Program-made: the position numbers and the translations under genes
The notes under the pieces: generated by a model
Told to the model about the DNA's origin: nothing
Databases searched by the model: none
Seen by the model: only the letters and a program-made list of their open reading frames with translations
Part shown: piece by piece, positions 27,575 to 38,809 of the stretch
Layout: each line of letters starts with the position of its first letter
Numbering within the stretch: position 1 is the stretch's first letter
Virus record (IMG/VR): IMGVR_UViG_3300027721_000010
Location: 31,003-95,002 of that record
DNA length: 64,000 nucleotides
Source: a virus
Taxonomy: Duplodnaviria > Heunggongvirae > Uroviricota > Caudoviricetes
Direction: 5' to 3' (one strand)

Positions 27575-29029
27575 TTAGTTATATTTGTCTAACCATCCAC
27601 CCTTGGTTGGTTTGTTATAGTTTGTAAAGTTAAGCAATTGGTCTAGCTTTTTAATAGGTTGAGCATCAGCACTATTCACACTGATGCCTTTTTTAGCTAC
27701 AGGATATTCTGTTACATACTCCCCGTCAAATTCATAATCCTCCCCAGGTTCCATGTATTGTACATCTCCTGTGTCAGAGATACCAATCAATGGAACATCT
27801 ACACCCTCCATAGTAATATCTGTGGATGGGATGATTACAGGGTTGCCCCAATTGTCAGGGTTCCAATAGCCCATAGAGTCTACAGGTATTTCTGAACCAT
27901 CTTGACTAATAGTCTTAGGTTTAAAATCCAGTCCTGCTTGATAGAACTTCATCTCCTGACCATTCTGAGCACTAGCTTTTGTCTTCTTAGCGTAAGGACC
28001 GTTAGCAGGAGCAGCCCCAGCTGTACGTGCGTATGTGAACCCTACAGCACCAGGAAGAGATCCTCCCATAGCTAATTGCATTGGTATGGGTTTAACACTG
28101 TCTCCCAATTGAGCCATAGGAACTGTCTGGTTAGCACCAGCCATAGCAGGCATGATGTTACCACCCATTTGCATAGAAGGCCCACCCCATGCACCATTAT
28201 AATTAAATCCTTTATCTGTCAATCCTCCCATTGTTCCTTCTATGCCATTCTGAGCTTTTGGAACGTACTTATCTAACCACCCACCATCTTGTTTCTTCTT
28301 TGGAGTTTTCTTTACTTCTTTATATCCTCTAAGCCAGTCTTTTTTGTAAAGTTTTAGTCCTGGATCTTCAATTTTTATTTTTCCTTTTGGTGTACCCACT
28401 TCATGTCCTAATATATCCCACGTATCAAAAGGTGTACCCCCAGTATATTCAAGCATGTACTTTCCCTTGTAATTTTCTATGGGCTTTCCAACAGAGAAAT
28501 ATGGATCTGGGTAGTGCGTGATATTTCTTCTTTTGTATTCTTCCAAAACTTTTGGATCAAGGGGTTTTGATCTAACAACGCCACTGGTACGCAAATCTTC
28601 AACTCCTTCTACATCACCAATTTTTCTATAATAAGCACCAGGTTTTGATTTAAATCTTGGATCAAGTTTTCCAAGTACACCAAGTCTCTTAGCAGAACCA
28701 AGTCCCATCAAACCTAAAGGATCTAAAACAACATCTGTCAGAAAAGCTCCAGCTGCATTCTGAATACCCATTGCCTCAGAAGGAGTTTGGTATTTTCCTG
28801 TAACCAATTGTGTTGCAGCTTTTTGTGGAGCTGATAACACCTCAGAAAGGTTCTCTGCTAGGTTGGGATGGAAACCTGTAAGCATTGTTCCAATCTGAGC
28901 TTTGTAAGGCTTTGCCCCACCAGCAATAGCACCAAAGAATCTCCTTTGCTTGTCTGTCAAAGGATGTCCGTGCACGCTCTTATCGTGCAGGATTTCTTTT
29001 GCTTTTGATTTGGTGAGTTTCTTTGCCAT
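27575..29029 (-). CDS. Hypothetical structural protein of 484 aa. It carries an internal repeat, GGWLDKY, twice and Gly/Met/Gln-rich segments.
   Basis: ORF in operon context, and the repeat seen in its translation. Confidence 0.5.
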   Translation of the reverse strand: MAKKLTKSKAKEILHDKSVHGHPLTDKQRRFFGAIAGGAKPYKAQIGTMLTGFHPNLAENLSEVLSAPQKAATQLVTGKYQTPSEAMGIQNAAGAFLTDVVLDPLGLMGLGSAKRLGVLGKLDPRFKSKPGAYYRKIGDVEGVEDLRTSGVVRSKPLDPKVLEEYKRRNITHYPDPYFSVGKPIENYKGKYMLEYTGGTPFDTWDILGHEVGTPKGKIKIEDPGLKLYKKDWLRGYKEVKKTPKKKQDGGWLDKYVPKAQNGIEGTMGGLTDKGFNYNGAWGGPSMQMGGNIMPAMAGANQTVPMAQLGDSVKPIPMQLAMGGSLPGAVGFTYARTAGAAPANGPYAKKTKASAQNGQEMKFYQAGLDFKPKTISQDGSEIPVDSMGYWNPDNWGNPVIIPSTDITMEGVDVPLIGISDTGDVQYMEPGEDYEFDGEYVTEYPVAKKGISVNSADAQPIKKLDQLLNFTNYNKPTKGGWLDKYN

Positions 29030-29895
29030 TATTTGTAAGAGATTTGGGCTGGTGTAATAATGAACTGAGATACCAAGTGAGCATCAAAACGGTTGTCAAG
29101 GATGTGTCTCACTTTCAACTCTTTAGCTCTCAGGGGCTCCTTCTTGAAGGATCTCTTGCCATAGTCCATGTTAGCCTGGTTTACCACCTTGTCTATAGAC
29201 AGAGACTCACATGTACGTACGAAAAGAGGTTCCTGCTTATACTTAACCAATGACCAGAACGTGTTGTACTGGTAGAAGTTATCACTCTTAGTGAACGTAA
29301 TTGTCTTACTATCAGTGTTGTATACAGGATACTTCAAATAGTCCTTGAGGTTGTTGATTGGTTTAGGAACCAATTCTAGAATACCAGAGGACTGTTGACC
29401 ATTGTAAACTACAGCCTTATTGAACCAAGCATCATCAGTTTCTATCTTGCGGCTGTCATCAGACACACCATCTATATCAGGGAAGTATTTATATGCCTTG
29501 GTGTAGTCTTGCACACTATGCAGGATTTCATCCTGATAGGAGTAGGCAAACGGATACTCAATGATATAAGGTTCGATGTTTCCGTAGAAGTAGTTATATA
29601 TCACTGGATTCTTTAGGTGCCTCCAGATACAAGCTGTTGTGGTTCTTGTATATTCTGTGGCTGCTAAAGCTACAATGTTTGTAACAGTGATTGGGAATGT
29701 CTTTTTGTTTTTACACTTGCCAGTAGACTCAACAGTCACCATGATAACATTATCATCTACAACATAACTAACCCCTTGAATCAGCTCATCTCTGGTAACA
29801 TCTGTTGCCAGGATGGTACCGTACTCAGTGCTGATTGTAAAGGGTCCTGCTGTAGGCCCTGAGCTAGTTAACTTTATGATGATTGTTTTTGGCAT
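29029..29895 (-). CDS. Hypothetical structural protein of 288 aa.
   Basis: ORF whose stop and start overlap the adjacent genes. Confidence 0.5.
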   Translation of the reverse strand: MPKTIIIKLTSSGPTAGPFTISTEYGTILATDVTRDELIQGVSYVVDDNVIMVTVESTGKCKNKKTFPITVTNIVALAATEYTRTTTACIWRHLKNPVIYNYFYGNIEPYIIEYPFAYSYQDEILHSVQDYTKAYKYFPDIDGVSDDSRKIETDDAWFNKAVVYNGQQSSGILELVPKPINNLKDYLKYPVYNTDSKTITFTKSDNFYQYNTFWSLVKYKQEPLFVRTCESLSIDKVVNQANMDYGKRSFKKEPLRAKELKVRHILDNRFDAHLVSQFIITPAQISYK

Positions 29896-29907
29896 TCTTT
29901 TAATTTT

Positions 29908-32900
29908 TTACAATGCACACAAACCGCTTGCTGAAACAGTTCCAGATCCACCAGTGATAGCTATTGAACCTGTGATTGCACAAACATTCGTAGTGGTGGT
30001 GAATGAGCCCAAAGCAGGTTCACCAGTTCCACACTCTGACCAAGTTAGTTGGATTGAACCAATTGGCTCAACTAGATAGTTTGTACAGTTATCCAAATAA
30101 GAGGTTGTTGTGGTTGTAGTTGTGCTGCTACTTGTAGTGGTGGTCGTAGTTGGTTCTATGGTTGTAGTGGTGGTGGTAGTTGGGATACAAGAAGTACATT
30201 CTTCTTCAGATGTACAAGTTGTTCCACAATTATATTTGTGCAATATGCCACCAGCTGGGCTAGTAACTATAAACAAACTTCCAGCTTTAATACAATGCAC
30301 TGTGGAGGCTCCTACAGCTAAAGTGTTAGTTTGCTGAACACCTTCACAATCTGTGTATTTGTAAGTTACTGGCTGCACATCTCCATTCAGCACTGTCCAA
30401 CACTGACAAGGCAATGCTGTAGTGGTAGTAGTGGTTGTAGGAACAGCTGTAGTAGTTGTACTAGTAGTTGATGTAGTGGATGTACCTGTTGTAGTGGTTG
30501 ATGTGGTGGAGCTGGTAGATGTACTAGATGTAGTGGTGGTTGTTGGAACTGGTCCGATTGTAGCAGCCAATATATCAAAGTCATCGCAGCATCCATTAAT
30601 ACCAGAATAGAAGAAGTTGTTCTCACCAATATACCAGTTGGGCAGATAGGTGTGGAAGCTTGTCCAGCTCTTGGTATTGAAGTTGAAAGACACTGTCCAG
30701 CTCTTGTTACAGAAGTATTCTGTGTCTGTCAGATATACCACCTTGCGTGTAACCAAAGGAGCAATAGTGGTAGTTGTAGTGAGAGTGCCTGGTACAGTGG
30801 TTGTGCTGGTTGTAGTTCCTGCGGATGTAGTAGTGCTGGTTGTGGTGGGAGGGTTTTGAGGATATGTACTATCCACATAAAACTCATTAGTTACAGGGTC
30901 CCATTTAACATCCTTACTCTTTGGAACATAATCAAGTTTAGTGATGATGACACGATCATACTTACTATCGTACACACCATGCAAACCAATACCATTGAAG
31001 TGATTATCAATAGGCACATCTGGGAAGTAACGCAATATTTCAAAAGCTAGGTGGTCTGTAAAGAACCTGTTCATTCCTGATCCAAAAGCTGACAAGTCTG
31101 TAACTTGTGTGCCAGCAACCAGAAATACCTGACCACGTTTAGCATCTATAGTGACCTGCCCTTGTGGAATCTTAAGGAGCATCTTGTGCTGGGTTCCTAC
31201 ATATCCCAAATCAGTTTCGGCAAAATCAATTGGAGGAGCCCCTCTAAATAGAGAAGGGTTTCCAACATAAGCTGCCTGAGGGTTACTGGTGTCAATTGTC
31301 AACAGGTTGTTGTACAACAAACTCTTGTTCTCAAATCTAGCCAGAATTGCTCTGTTCTGAATTCCGTCCAAAGAAATAAGATCTCCAAAGTTTTGAGGGA
31401 AGTCAAAATAGGATATAGCTCTGTAAGTGAGCCAGTTGTTCACCGTATTGTCAGCATCTATGTTCTGTGCATCTGAATAGATTGCTCTAAACGGATACTG
31501 TGTAAAACATATAGCCTTCCAGTCATAAGGCAGGTGTGTGAATACATTCTCTCTATTTTGTTTGGAGAATGTTACATTGTAGTAGTAGGTGTTGTCCTGA
31601 GCAATAGATACATAGTCTTCTTGTACCCAGTCATCAGGAATACCTGTACTTACGTGAGGCCAGAAGTCCCCTTCTCTATTGTTGAAAGCCTGGCGCAAGT
31701 CTATGTTATAGGAACTTTCACAATAGAAATAAGGAATACCATAGGCAAACACATACATCTTACCATCATAGTAGGTTCTACCAGGACTTGATATGGGGGT
31801 TTGGCTATTGGGACAATCTAACTGATTTGCCTTAATAGAGATGAAGTTTGTCAGATTTTGCTGACCAGCTGTTGCTGTAGTGAGGATGGAACGTGCTGAG
31901 TGCCAGTATTTTGGATAGGCAACATTACCAATCTCATCATAGAAGATGTCACTATCATCAGGGGCATTCACTCTATTGTCGATAAAGAAAGGAATCTTAG
32001 TCTTAAATGCAAACTTGCTGATGAATGTATCACCTCCAAAGAAGGTGGCAGTGCTAACTGTCAGAGGGGTGATATCTCTTTGAAATCCTGTATCTACAGT
32101 TTCATAAGAATATATCTGGCCATACTGATTGGCGAATATATTCTTCAGAGATGCGTAATAAGATATTGTACTTATGTATTCTTCCTTAGCAGGAGTGCCA
32201 CAATTATTATCAGTTCCATTAACACCAGCCTCGCTAAGGGTCATTCTAGACCTATCGTTAACTGCTCCATTAATAGTGGGTGTCTGGTTGGGGAATGGTA
32301 GAGGCGGTCTATTACCATCTGTCTTTAGGTAAACAGAACTCTCTCTGTTAAAGTTGTTTACATTTCTATCATCTCCCACTCCCTGTACACCAGGGATTAG
32401 ATATTGTTTTAGATCAAGCTCACGCTGCTTAACACCTAAGTTGTTATTAATATCATTACCATAATCATAACTAGCTGTAGAGTTATACGAGTAGGCATAG
32501 TTACGTCTGGTGATACCGTTTACGTAGATTGTTAGATAGGTTTGGTAGGCAGCAAATAAAGCACTAGCATTATAAGGGTTAGTGATTGCTGCAATGTTAT
32601 TAGCACTATTTAACGCATCCTGTTGAGCCTCAGCACTTAGTAGCCTGTACATGGCGTTCTTGTTCACCTGTACAAAGTGTGCTCTACCAGCACCATATAT
32701 TACATTCTCCAGTTTCAGAATGCTACCCAGGAACGGCTGTCCAAAGGAAGTTTCAGGAGAGTTAAATACGTGTCTGTATTGAGACGCAGGATCACCAAAG
32801 GCATTCAGTTTATCTGGATAGCAATTATCATTTCCTACAGAACGTACAAATTCCACCTTGAAGGTTGTGCCTGCACCCAAGTTACTTTGATCAAATGTAG

Positions 32901-35262
32901 GCGGTGTAAGAGATGCAATGTTGAAAGAATAACTACCTGATCCACCAGTGTCTATTGCTACGTACTGATTGCTCAGATCAAGAGGTTTGTCAATAAGCGA
33001 GTCACAGCAAGAAACTGTAGGATTCAGAGCACAGTATTTTGTCCACCCATCAATGTTAGTGCCCCCAGGTACAATATATGCGGGGGGAGGTGCAATTGGA
33101 TTTCCTTGGGTTAAACCACATTTAGTAATTGGCCAAACTAGTCTAAATACAACAACTTGTCCTGTAGAAGGAACCAAGTCAATTGTGATTCTATAGACAT
33201 TGTATGTATTAGAACCAATTGCTCCTGTAGCACCATCTCTAAATGTGGGCTTTGGATAGTCAAGAGCACACAAGTGAATTATAGTTCCCACCTCAGAGGG
33301 TAGAATATCTCTGGTGGCTATTTCTCCTGTGTAGCAATCAAGATATTCAATTTGACCAGCAGCTGTAGGATAGATGCTGAAATCTCTACACTGGGACGTG
33401 GTACTTGTTGCAGCAAGTGGAATAGTGTAAGCATTGCTCTTCTCAAGCAAGAATGGGTCTTGTCTAAGATCGTTATAAGGATAGTTGGGGAAGTAGTATT
33501 CCGTACCCTCACGGTCATACTTACCCATGTTTCTAAGAATACCCTTAGCCACGATAGATCTATTGGTGCTTCTGTCACCACGGATAATCTTAAATCCAGC
33601 TATCTGATTCTTCTGTTCAGTGGTTAGATTGGATGCTTGGATGAGAGATTGTACCTGTTGTACATCTATTCTTACACCTATTGGAAAGACTGCATCCCTC
33701 TGAATCACCATTGTGTCTTGTCCTGTAAATAGGGCAGACTCAAATATGGGACTCACTAGCACGTCTGGGAACTTGTGGTGTCTGATCTTCTGACCAGCTA
33801 GAGTTCCCCACAACTCATCATTACAAGGATACTCTTCTATAGACTCCCAGTAGGCAAACTCGCCATACTGATAGGCACCTTTATAACTTGGTGCTGGAGA
33901 ATAGCCAGGAGAGAATCCTGAAACAGTACCCGTATTATATATCTTCCAGTAGGGACTGGTTCCTGTAATAGGATCTGGCTCACCTATGAAGTCATCATTT
34001 GTTTGAGGAACAGGAACCAAATCATTATTAACTGCTATTCTTCCAGGAATGTGGAATCCGTCAGTCTGCTTACCGTTATGTAGGAGGAATACAATCTCAA
34101 AAGCATATACCTCATCCCTTAGATACCCACGCAGGTTTGTAGCATTCAGCTCGTCTGCATAAGTTTCTGTGTTAGGAATACGGTAGGTTTCCCACTGCAA
34201 GGTGATACCAGTAGCTATCTGCTGATAGTTAATTCTTTCAACAGATGTAAGCTGGTCCCATACAAGAATATCACGTACAGCTGTTATGTCCTGAGCAATC
34301 TCATAATAAGGGAACTTCTCAAATATGTCATCAACTGTAAGACGAATGGCTGTCTTGTTCTGACCTGAATAAGTGATCACCTGACTTGGACCATCAATAA
34401 AATACGTACCTATCAGCTGTACGGATGTGATAGCATTTATAGTTCTAACAACTGCTATATTAAAGTATTGGTAAAGTCCTGTATTATCTAAGTTGCTGAC
34501 AGTGAGTTCAATAGATCTACCCACTGGATAATTAAAATTAGCAGTGGTGATACTTGGATCAGCAATAGGGGTGGGATTGGTAACAGAGTAGTAGGAAGTA
34601 TAAGGATTAGAAGCAGAGTCACAATACTGAATAGCAAACTGATATGTGCCTGCCTCCAACTCACCACCTGAAACTATATTTGTAACATCGAGTTGTGGAA
34701 TAATAAAGTCAGGTTGCACATTCAATCCGTTACAGTCTATTTGATCACTGTAAACAGGATCGCATGCGGGTGTACCTCCTACAAGAATGTAGGGTAAGTT
34801 CTCAGGATTAAGATCAATATATCTACGGGGATTAAGTCCGTCTGTCCAGTACACCTCTGTTGTGCACTCTGTAATCTTGTGGACAGACTTATGGATAGGG
34901 TGATTAATGTTGAAATTAAGACAAGGAGCATCTACATACTTGCGGTAGATACAATCGTTGTTATCCATGTACCCTATCTGAGAAGCACCTGTTTCTGGAT
35001 TGGTAATAAAAAATATGTGCTTGTTCTTCTCTTGGATGAAATGTGTACCAATTAACACAAAGCCAGAAGGGAATGTAACGCAAAGTTCATTCCCTGGCTC
35101 ATTCTGATAGTTTACAGAATTTGAGTCAAAGTTTTCGACAGCAGCGTTCAGCGCGTACGTTAGCTTACCTTTACCAATCTGGTTAAGAGTTTGATCTAGG
35201 TTTAAGCCAGTGGTAGCGTTGTTAAACTCCTGTCTAATGCTCCCTTGTTCTTGCTCAGCCAT
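29908..35262 (-). CDS. Large tail fibre, tail spike or receptor-binding candidate of 1784 aa. It has several poly-Thr/Ser linkers and a Cys-containing C-terminal module (…NVCAITGSIAITGGSGTVSASGLCAL) that is homologous to the C-terminus of the 366-aa protein.
   Basis: ORF, the poly-ACN codon tracts, and the C-terminal module shared with 38883..39983. Confidence 0.55.
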   Translation of the reverse strand: MAEQEQGSIRQEFNNATTGLNLDQTLNQIGKGKLTYALNAAVENFDSNSVNYQNEPGNELCVTFPSGFVLIGTHFIQEKNKHIFFITNPETGASQIGYMDNNDCIYRKYVDAPCLNFNINHPIHKSVHKITECTTEVYWTDGLNPRRYIDLNPENLPYILVGGTPACDPVYSDQIDCNGLNVQPDFIIPQLDVTNIVSGGELEAGTYQFAIQYCDSASNPYTSYYSVTNPTPIADPSITTANFNYPVGRSIELTVSNLDNTGLYQYFNIAVVRTINAITSVQLIGTYFIDGPSQVITYSGQNKTAIRLTVDDIFEKFPYYEIAQDITAVRDILVWDQLTSVERINYQQIATGITLQWETYRIPNTETYADELNATNLRGYLRDEVYAFEIVFLLHNGKQTDGFHIPGRIAVNNDLVPVPQTNDDFIGEPDPITGTSPYWKIYNTGTVSGFSPGYSPAPSYKGAYQYGEFAYWESIEEYPCNDELWGTLAGQKIRHHKFPDVLVSPIFESALFTGQDTMVIQRDAVFPIGVRIDVQQVQSLIQASNLTTEQKNQIAGFKIIRGDRSTNRSIVAKGILRNMGKYDREGTEYYFPNYPYNDLRQDPFLLEKSNAYTIPLAATSTTSQCRDFSIYPTAAGQIEYLDCYTGEIATRDILPSEVGTIIHLCALDYPKPTFRDGATGAIGSNTYNVYRITIDLVPSTGQVVVFRLVWPITKCGLTQGNPIAPPPAYIVPGGTNIDGWTKYCALNPTVSCCDSLIDKPLDLSNQYVAIDTGGSGSYSFNIASLTPPTFDQSNLGAGTTFKVEFVRSVGNDNCYPDKLNAFGDPASQYRHVFNSPETSFGQPFLGSILKLENVIYGAGRAHFVQVNKNAMYRLLSAEAQQDALNSANNIAAITNPYNASALFAAYQTYLTIYVNGITRRNYAYSYNSTASYDYGNDINNNLGVKQRELDLKQYLIPGVQGVGDDRNVNNFNRESSVYLKTDGNRPPLPFPNQTPTINGAVNDRSRMTLSEAGVNGTDNNCGTPAKEEYISTISYYASLKNIFANQYGQIYSYETVDTGFQRDITPLTVSTATFFGGDTFISKFAFKTKIPFFIDNRVNAPDDSDIFYDEIGNVAYPKYWHSARSILTTATAGQQNLTNFISIKANQLDCPNSQTPISSPGRTYYDGKMYVFAYGIPYFYCESSYNIDLRQAFNNREGDFWPHVSTGIPDDWVQEDYVSIAQDNTYYYNVTFSKQNRENVFTHLPYDWKAICFTQYPFRAIYSDAQNIDADNTVNNWLTYRAISYFDFPQNFGDLISLDGIQNRAILARFENKSLLYNNLLTIDTSNPQAAYVGNPSLFRGAPPIDFAETDLGYVGTQHKMLLKIPQGQVTIDAKRGQVFLVAGTQVTDLSAFGSGMNRFFTDHLAFEILRYFPDVPIDNHFNGIGLHGVYDSKYDRVIITKLDYVPKSKDVKWDPVTNEFYVDSTYPQNPPTTTSTTTSAGTTTSTTTVPGTLTTTTTIAPLVTRKVVYLTDTEYFCNKSWTVSFNFNTKSWTSFHTYLPNWYIGENNFFYSGINGCCDDFDILAATIGPVPTTTTTSSTSTSSTTSTTTTGTSTTSTTSTTTTAVPTTTTTTTALPCQCWTVLNGDVQPVTYKYTDCEGVQQTNTLAVGASTVHCIKAGSLFIVTSPAGGILHKYNCGTTCTSEEECTSCIPTTTTTTTIEPTTTTTTSSSTTTTTTTSYLDNCTNYLVEPIGSIQLTWSECGTGEPALGSFTTTTNVCAITGSIAITGGSGTVSASGLCAL
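30100..30860. repeat. Low-complexity ACN-codon tracts (poly-Thr/Ser linkers) inside the 1784-aa gene. They produce spurious poly-Val ORFs on the plus strand.
   Basis: Translation shows TTTTSTTSTTTT… runs, and the plus-strand ORFs 30110..30337, 30422..30610 and 30650..30859 are Val-rich mirror images. Confidence 0.6.
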
Positions 35263-35268
35263 TGGTTA

Positions 35269-36243
35269 TTAATTATTACGTCTCCAACCATACATTCCTC
35301 CAACACGGTTGGGAAGTTCATACATATTAAATCTGTTCAGGTCATTCTTAATTCTACGTTGCTTAGCCCACGGGTCTTGTTTCTTAATCTCAATATCAGC
35401 CATGATGAATGCCTCCTCAGCTTGTTGTTTGTAATATCCAAGCTTTTGTTGGAGCTGATTAAAGGTTTCATCATTAGTCTGATTGGTGAGAGTTTCCATC
35501 ATTTTGTACTTGATGAAAGCCTCAATATATTCCCTTACACGGAAGTTATCAGGGATCATTTGATTACCACCAGCATCATATTCTGTGGCATAGAAAATCA
35601 AATGCACCACTCCATTACGGAAGTTGGTTACAAACTTATTATCTCTGATGTCAAATGAATCATATCCAGCAGAACCAGGGGTAAACTCACGAAGAGGGGG
35701 TGCCTCTTGATAGAATTCCCAATTGCTAGTATAGTCCACTCCACAGTTATTTCTAGCAGAAATATTTCCTGGTTTCAGGAGATACTCTCTTGTGTAGAGT
35801 ACAGGGGCTTGATTGTTTGTTTTATAAACAGCCTGTACCAGATTAGGCATGCACTTAGGGCAGAACTCCTGACCACAGTTACCAGCTTCACAAGGATTGC
35901 CGTACACAATAACAGGACTCACCTGAATTGTTGTAGATGTAGCAGCCTGTGAGTAGAATGAATTAGCCTGTTGATAAGGAAAACCATTTACAGCTGTACA
36001 AAGCCAAGCTTCACGAACAGCATAGAAGTTATCTGGAAGTCTAGATTCATAATCATAGATGTGCAATACCTGCTCTTGAATTACATATGTTGCTCTACCT
36101 AGCTTTCTGAGACACTTGTCCAGATAAGTAGGGAACATGAGATCATCTATGGCTCCTGTATCAAAGTAGCTTTTAAACTCCTCTTTTACAGTGGAATACA
36201 CAACCTCAGGAGAGATAAAGTTATATTTGTAATAGTATGACAT
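35269..36243 (-). CDS. Hypothetical structural protein of 324 aa.
   Basis: ORF in operon context. Confidence 0.5.
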   Translation of the reverse strand: MSYYYKYNFISPEVVYSTVKEEFKSYFDTGAIDDLMFPTYLDKCLRKLGRATYVIQEQVLHIYDYESRLPDNFYAVREAWLCTAVNGFPYQQANSFYSQAATSTTIQVSPVIVYGNPCEAGNCGQEFCPKCMPNLVQAVYKTNNQAPVLYTREYLLKPGNISARNNCGVDYTSNWEFYQEAPPLREFTPGSAGYDSFDIRDNKFVTNFRNGVVHLIFYATEYDAGGNQMIPDNFRVREYIEAFIKYKMMETLTNQTNDETFNQLQQKLGYYKQQAEEAFIMADIEIKKQDPWAKQRRIKNDLNRFNMYELPNRVGGMYGWRRNN

Positions 36244-36248
36244 CTAGA

Positions 36249-36725
36249 TTATTTTTTCCATTCGTTATAAATGTGCTGATACTTCTCGTCAGTTTTGATA
36301 AAGTGTGACAACAATCTCGATGTGTTTCTAGAGGGTTTAAAATACCATAAGCCTGAGTGTCTAAACCTAGCTGTTTCTTTAAACCAAACCCATCCAAAGA
36401 AATACCCCTCTGTGTGAAAGTTGAAGTTGTAGATGCGCTTACCTTTCTCTTTAGTCTTTTTCCAGTCGATAGGTAGGTTAACAAACTCTTTACCATCTAC
36501 CCCTTTCATCTTTCTACGCTTCTTCTTGTTAATAGAGAACTCACCAAACCCAAATGGAAGCCTTGCTCTTTCCCCTGTCTCCAGGATGTATTCTTTGAAA
36601 GCTTCGTTATAGGTGTAGATGATATCTCTCCACTGATCAAACGTGAGTTTGATAGAGGGATTCTTCTTGCAGAAATTGTTGTAGTTTTCTTTACTGGCGC
36701 TTCTCCAGTCTATTTTGATTCGCAT
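36249..36725 (-). CDS. Hypothetical protein of 158 aa, basic and rich in Lys/Arg.
   Basis: ORF in operon context. Confidence 0.45.
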   Translation of the reverse strand: MRIKIDWRSASKENYNNFCKKNPSIKLTFDQWRDIIYTYNEAFKEYILETGERARLPFGFGEFSINKKKRRKMKGVDGKEFVNLPIDWKKTKEKGKRIYNFNFHTEGYFFGWVWFKETARFRHSGLWYFKPSRNTSRLLSHFIKTDEKYQHIYNEWKK

Positions 36726-36726
36726 A

Positions 36727-37455
36727 TCATCTCAAGTTTGGAGCGTTTGGTGCTTGACCATCAACTCCATCACTTGTGATGTCTGTCTTCAACCTGAAGT
36801 AGGTAGCTAATAACTTCTGAGAAGTTAATTCAAGAACTTGCTTTTCTAGGTAGCCAGGAACAGGAGACTCTTTGTCAAGAGGGTTCTTGCACAGTTCTTC
36901 TGTTGTGTATTCTGGGGTACCGCAACCACACTCTGGATACATAATGGAATTAGGTACATCCTCCTCGAACAAAGCAACAAGTCTGATGGCTTTCAGGAGG
37001 GGGTTGTTTACGTACAGATATCCATTAGAAATCCAGTAGTATTCTTCCTTCTTGATGATAGGAAGCTTAAGCAAATTAATGTATCTGTTGATGGTTATTT
37101 CTTTTAGTTTCTTTCCTTGTCCACTCATCGCATTAATTGAGTAGACACCCTGTATAACATACTGGTAGTTACCCTCTGTAATGCGTGGAAGTTTGAACCT
37201 GGTTCTAGCCACAGAACAAGGATCTACGTAATCACAACATTCAGAAATAGGAACTTCTACCATCTCTAGACAAGGGATGGTAGTGAATACTGTGTCAGTA
37301 GCCCAAAGCTTCCTCAGATTAGTCTCGCGTTTAATCAGGAGGAAGGCATTGTTCTTAATCTCAGACATGACAGCTCTATCCGTGATCAAGTTGTCTGTGG
37401 AGAGCAACTTGTGCATGGAGCGCACATCTGAAACTAATTTCCTAAAAGTAGCCAT
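36727..37455 (-). CDS. Hypothetical protein of 242 aa.
   Basis: ORF whose stop and start overlap the upstream gene. Confidence 0.5.
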   Translation of the reverse strand: MATFRKLVSDVRSMHKLLSTDNLITDRAVMSEIKNNAFLLIKRETNLRKLWATDTVFTTIPCLEMVEVPISECCDYVDPCSVARTRFKLPRITEGNYQYVIQGVYSINAMSGQGKKLKEITINRYINLLKLPIIKKEEYYWISNGYLYVNNPLLKAIRLVALFEEDVPNSIMYPECGCGTPEYTTEELCKNPLDKESPVPGYLEKQVLELTSQKLLATYFRLKTDITSDGVDGQAPNAPNLR

Positions 37456-38705
37456 TATAAATACTGTTTGAATATATTCGTTATTCCGTCTTCAAAATCT
37501 ATCAAGAAACCTGTCACCTCACCTTTCACTGCTGTATATCCATTCTTATCATCCCAAGAACTCTTGGCTGTAGAGAAGGCAGGAAGCTGGTAGAACTTAA
37601 TACCGTTGAAATCCAGACTCACCTCATGGTGTTTGTCTCCTGTAAATATGTAGAAATTATCGTGATTTGACCACTCACTCTTAAATTCCATAGGGAATAG
37701 ATGAGCAAGTTTTGCTGGCTTTAAGGCATCTCCATGGTTGAACATCATTGCAGATGTTCCATAGCTGACATACTTTCTATATCTTGGAGAGATGTCAAAG
37801 AACACACGCTCCTCATTTCTAAAGTAGGTTTGCAACCAGCTAGCCAGGTGCCAGCCTACAAACTCATCATGATTACCAGCCACGAATATCACATCAACCG
37901 ATTCACCCTTCTGAAGGAGAAGATTAATGACACTCACCTCATGATCACAGATTGCTTGGAAAGCATCGTGATAAGAGAGGATATTTTGCTGGGGAGTACC
38001 TTTTGTAGTTGTGTTAGTGAACTCACTATTGAACTCATCAGAACCAATAATATACTTGATGTCTGTGAGATTGTTGGCTAGAGAAGCTTGGTTCAGGATG
38101 ATTTCCACCCTCTGGATAAAATCGCCAAAGCGTTTGTCTATATCATTATCTCCTCCAATATCTAGTTTGTTTAGATGAGAATCCTGTTTGTTTATGATTA
38201 AACAGGCATCCTTCTTAGCCACATCAAACTTTGGAGCCATTATCTCAGGAGAACATGGCTGATAGTTCTCGAGGAAGTTAACAAAGTTATCCTGGAATAT
38301 CTGCTCATCCTTCTTCTTACCCAACCAAGCTTTCACTTGGTAATGAGGCTGATCAGCATTTCCCCAGTAGTTTTGGACGTATTTGGTTATCTCCCACTTG
38401 TCTGTATCTATCTTACATTTTTCAACAAGCTCATCTAAACTCTTGATTTCTTCTTTGCTATTGAAGACCACCTCACCTGTTCCCTTCTGAACATCCTCAA
38501 AAAACCTTACCACCTGATCCTCTAATTCTCCAATGTAGTTACCAACTTCTGCTTCTTCTTGTGCCACTTGTGAGCCTCGCAGCTCCTTTATCAATTCATC
38601 CACCTCATTCTCTGTAATGTTGAGCTTGTCTGCATAGAACTTTTTGCTCTTTTTCCAGTGTAGCATTTGCTCCAGCTGGTGCAGAAGGGATTGATTTTCA
38701 GGCAT
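37455..38705 (-). CDS. Calcineurin-like metallophosphoesterase-like protein of 416 aa. It has GNHDE and GDKHHE motifs, and the N-terminal MPE motifs are degenerate.
   Basis: Sequence motifs IFVAGNHDEF and FTGDKHHEV match MPE motifs III and VI. Confidence 0.4.
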   Translation of the reverse strand: MPENQSLLHQLEQMLHWKKSKKFYADKLNITENEVDELIKELRGSQVAQEEAEVGNYIGELEDQVVRFFEDVQKGTGEVVFNSKEEIKSLDELVEKCKIDTDKWEITKYVQNYWGNADQPHYQVKAWLGKKKDEQIFQDNFVNFLENYQPCSPEIMAPKFDVAKKDACLIINKQDSHLNKLDIGGDNDIDKRFGDFIQRVEIILNQASLANNLTDIKYIIGSDEFNSEFTNTTTKGTPQQNILSYHDAFQAICDHEVSVINLLLQKGESVDVIFVAGNHDEFVGWHLASWLQTYFRNEERVFFDISPRYRKYVSYGTSAMMFNHGDALKPAKLAHLFPMEFKSEWSNHDNFYIFTGDKHHEVSLDFNGIKFYQLPAFSTAKSSWDDKNGYTAVKGEVTGFLIDFEDGITNIFKQYL

Positions 38706-38809
38706 TTATAATTTTATTTAATTAAAATTGCCCTAAAGGTACGAAACTTTTTAATATTTTCCAAATTATTTTAACCACCTAGGTTAGCATGGATAACCAA
38801 GTTAGTTAT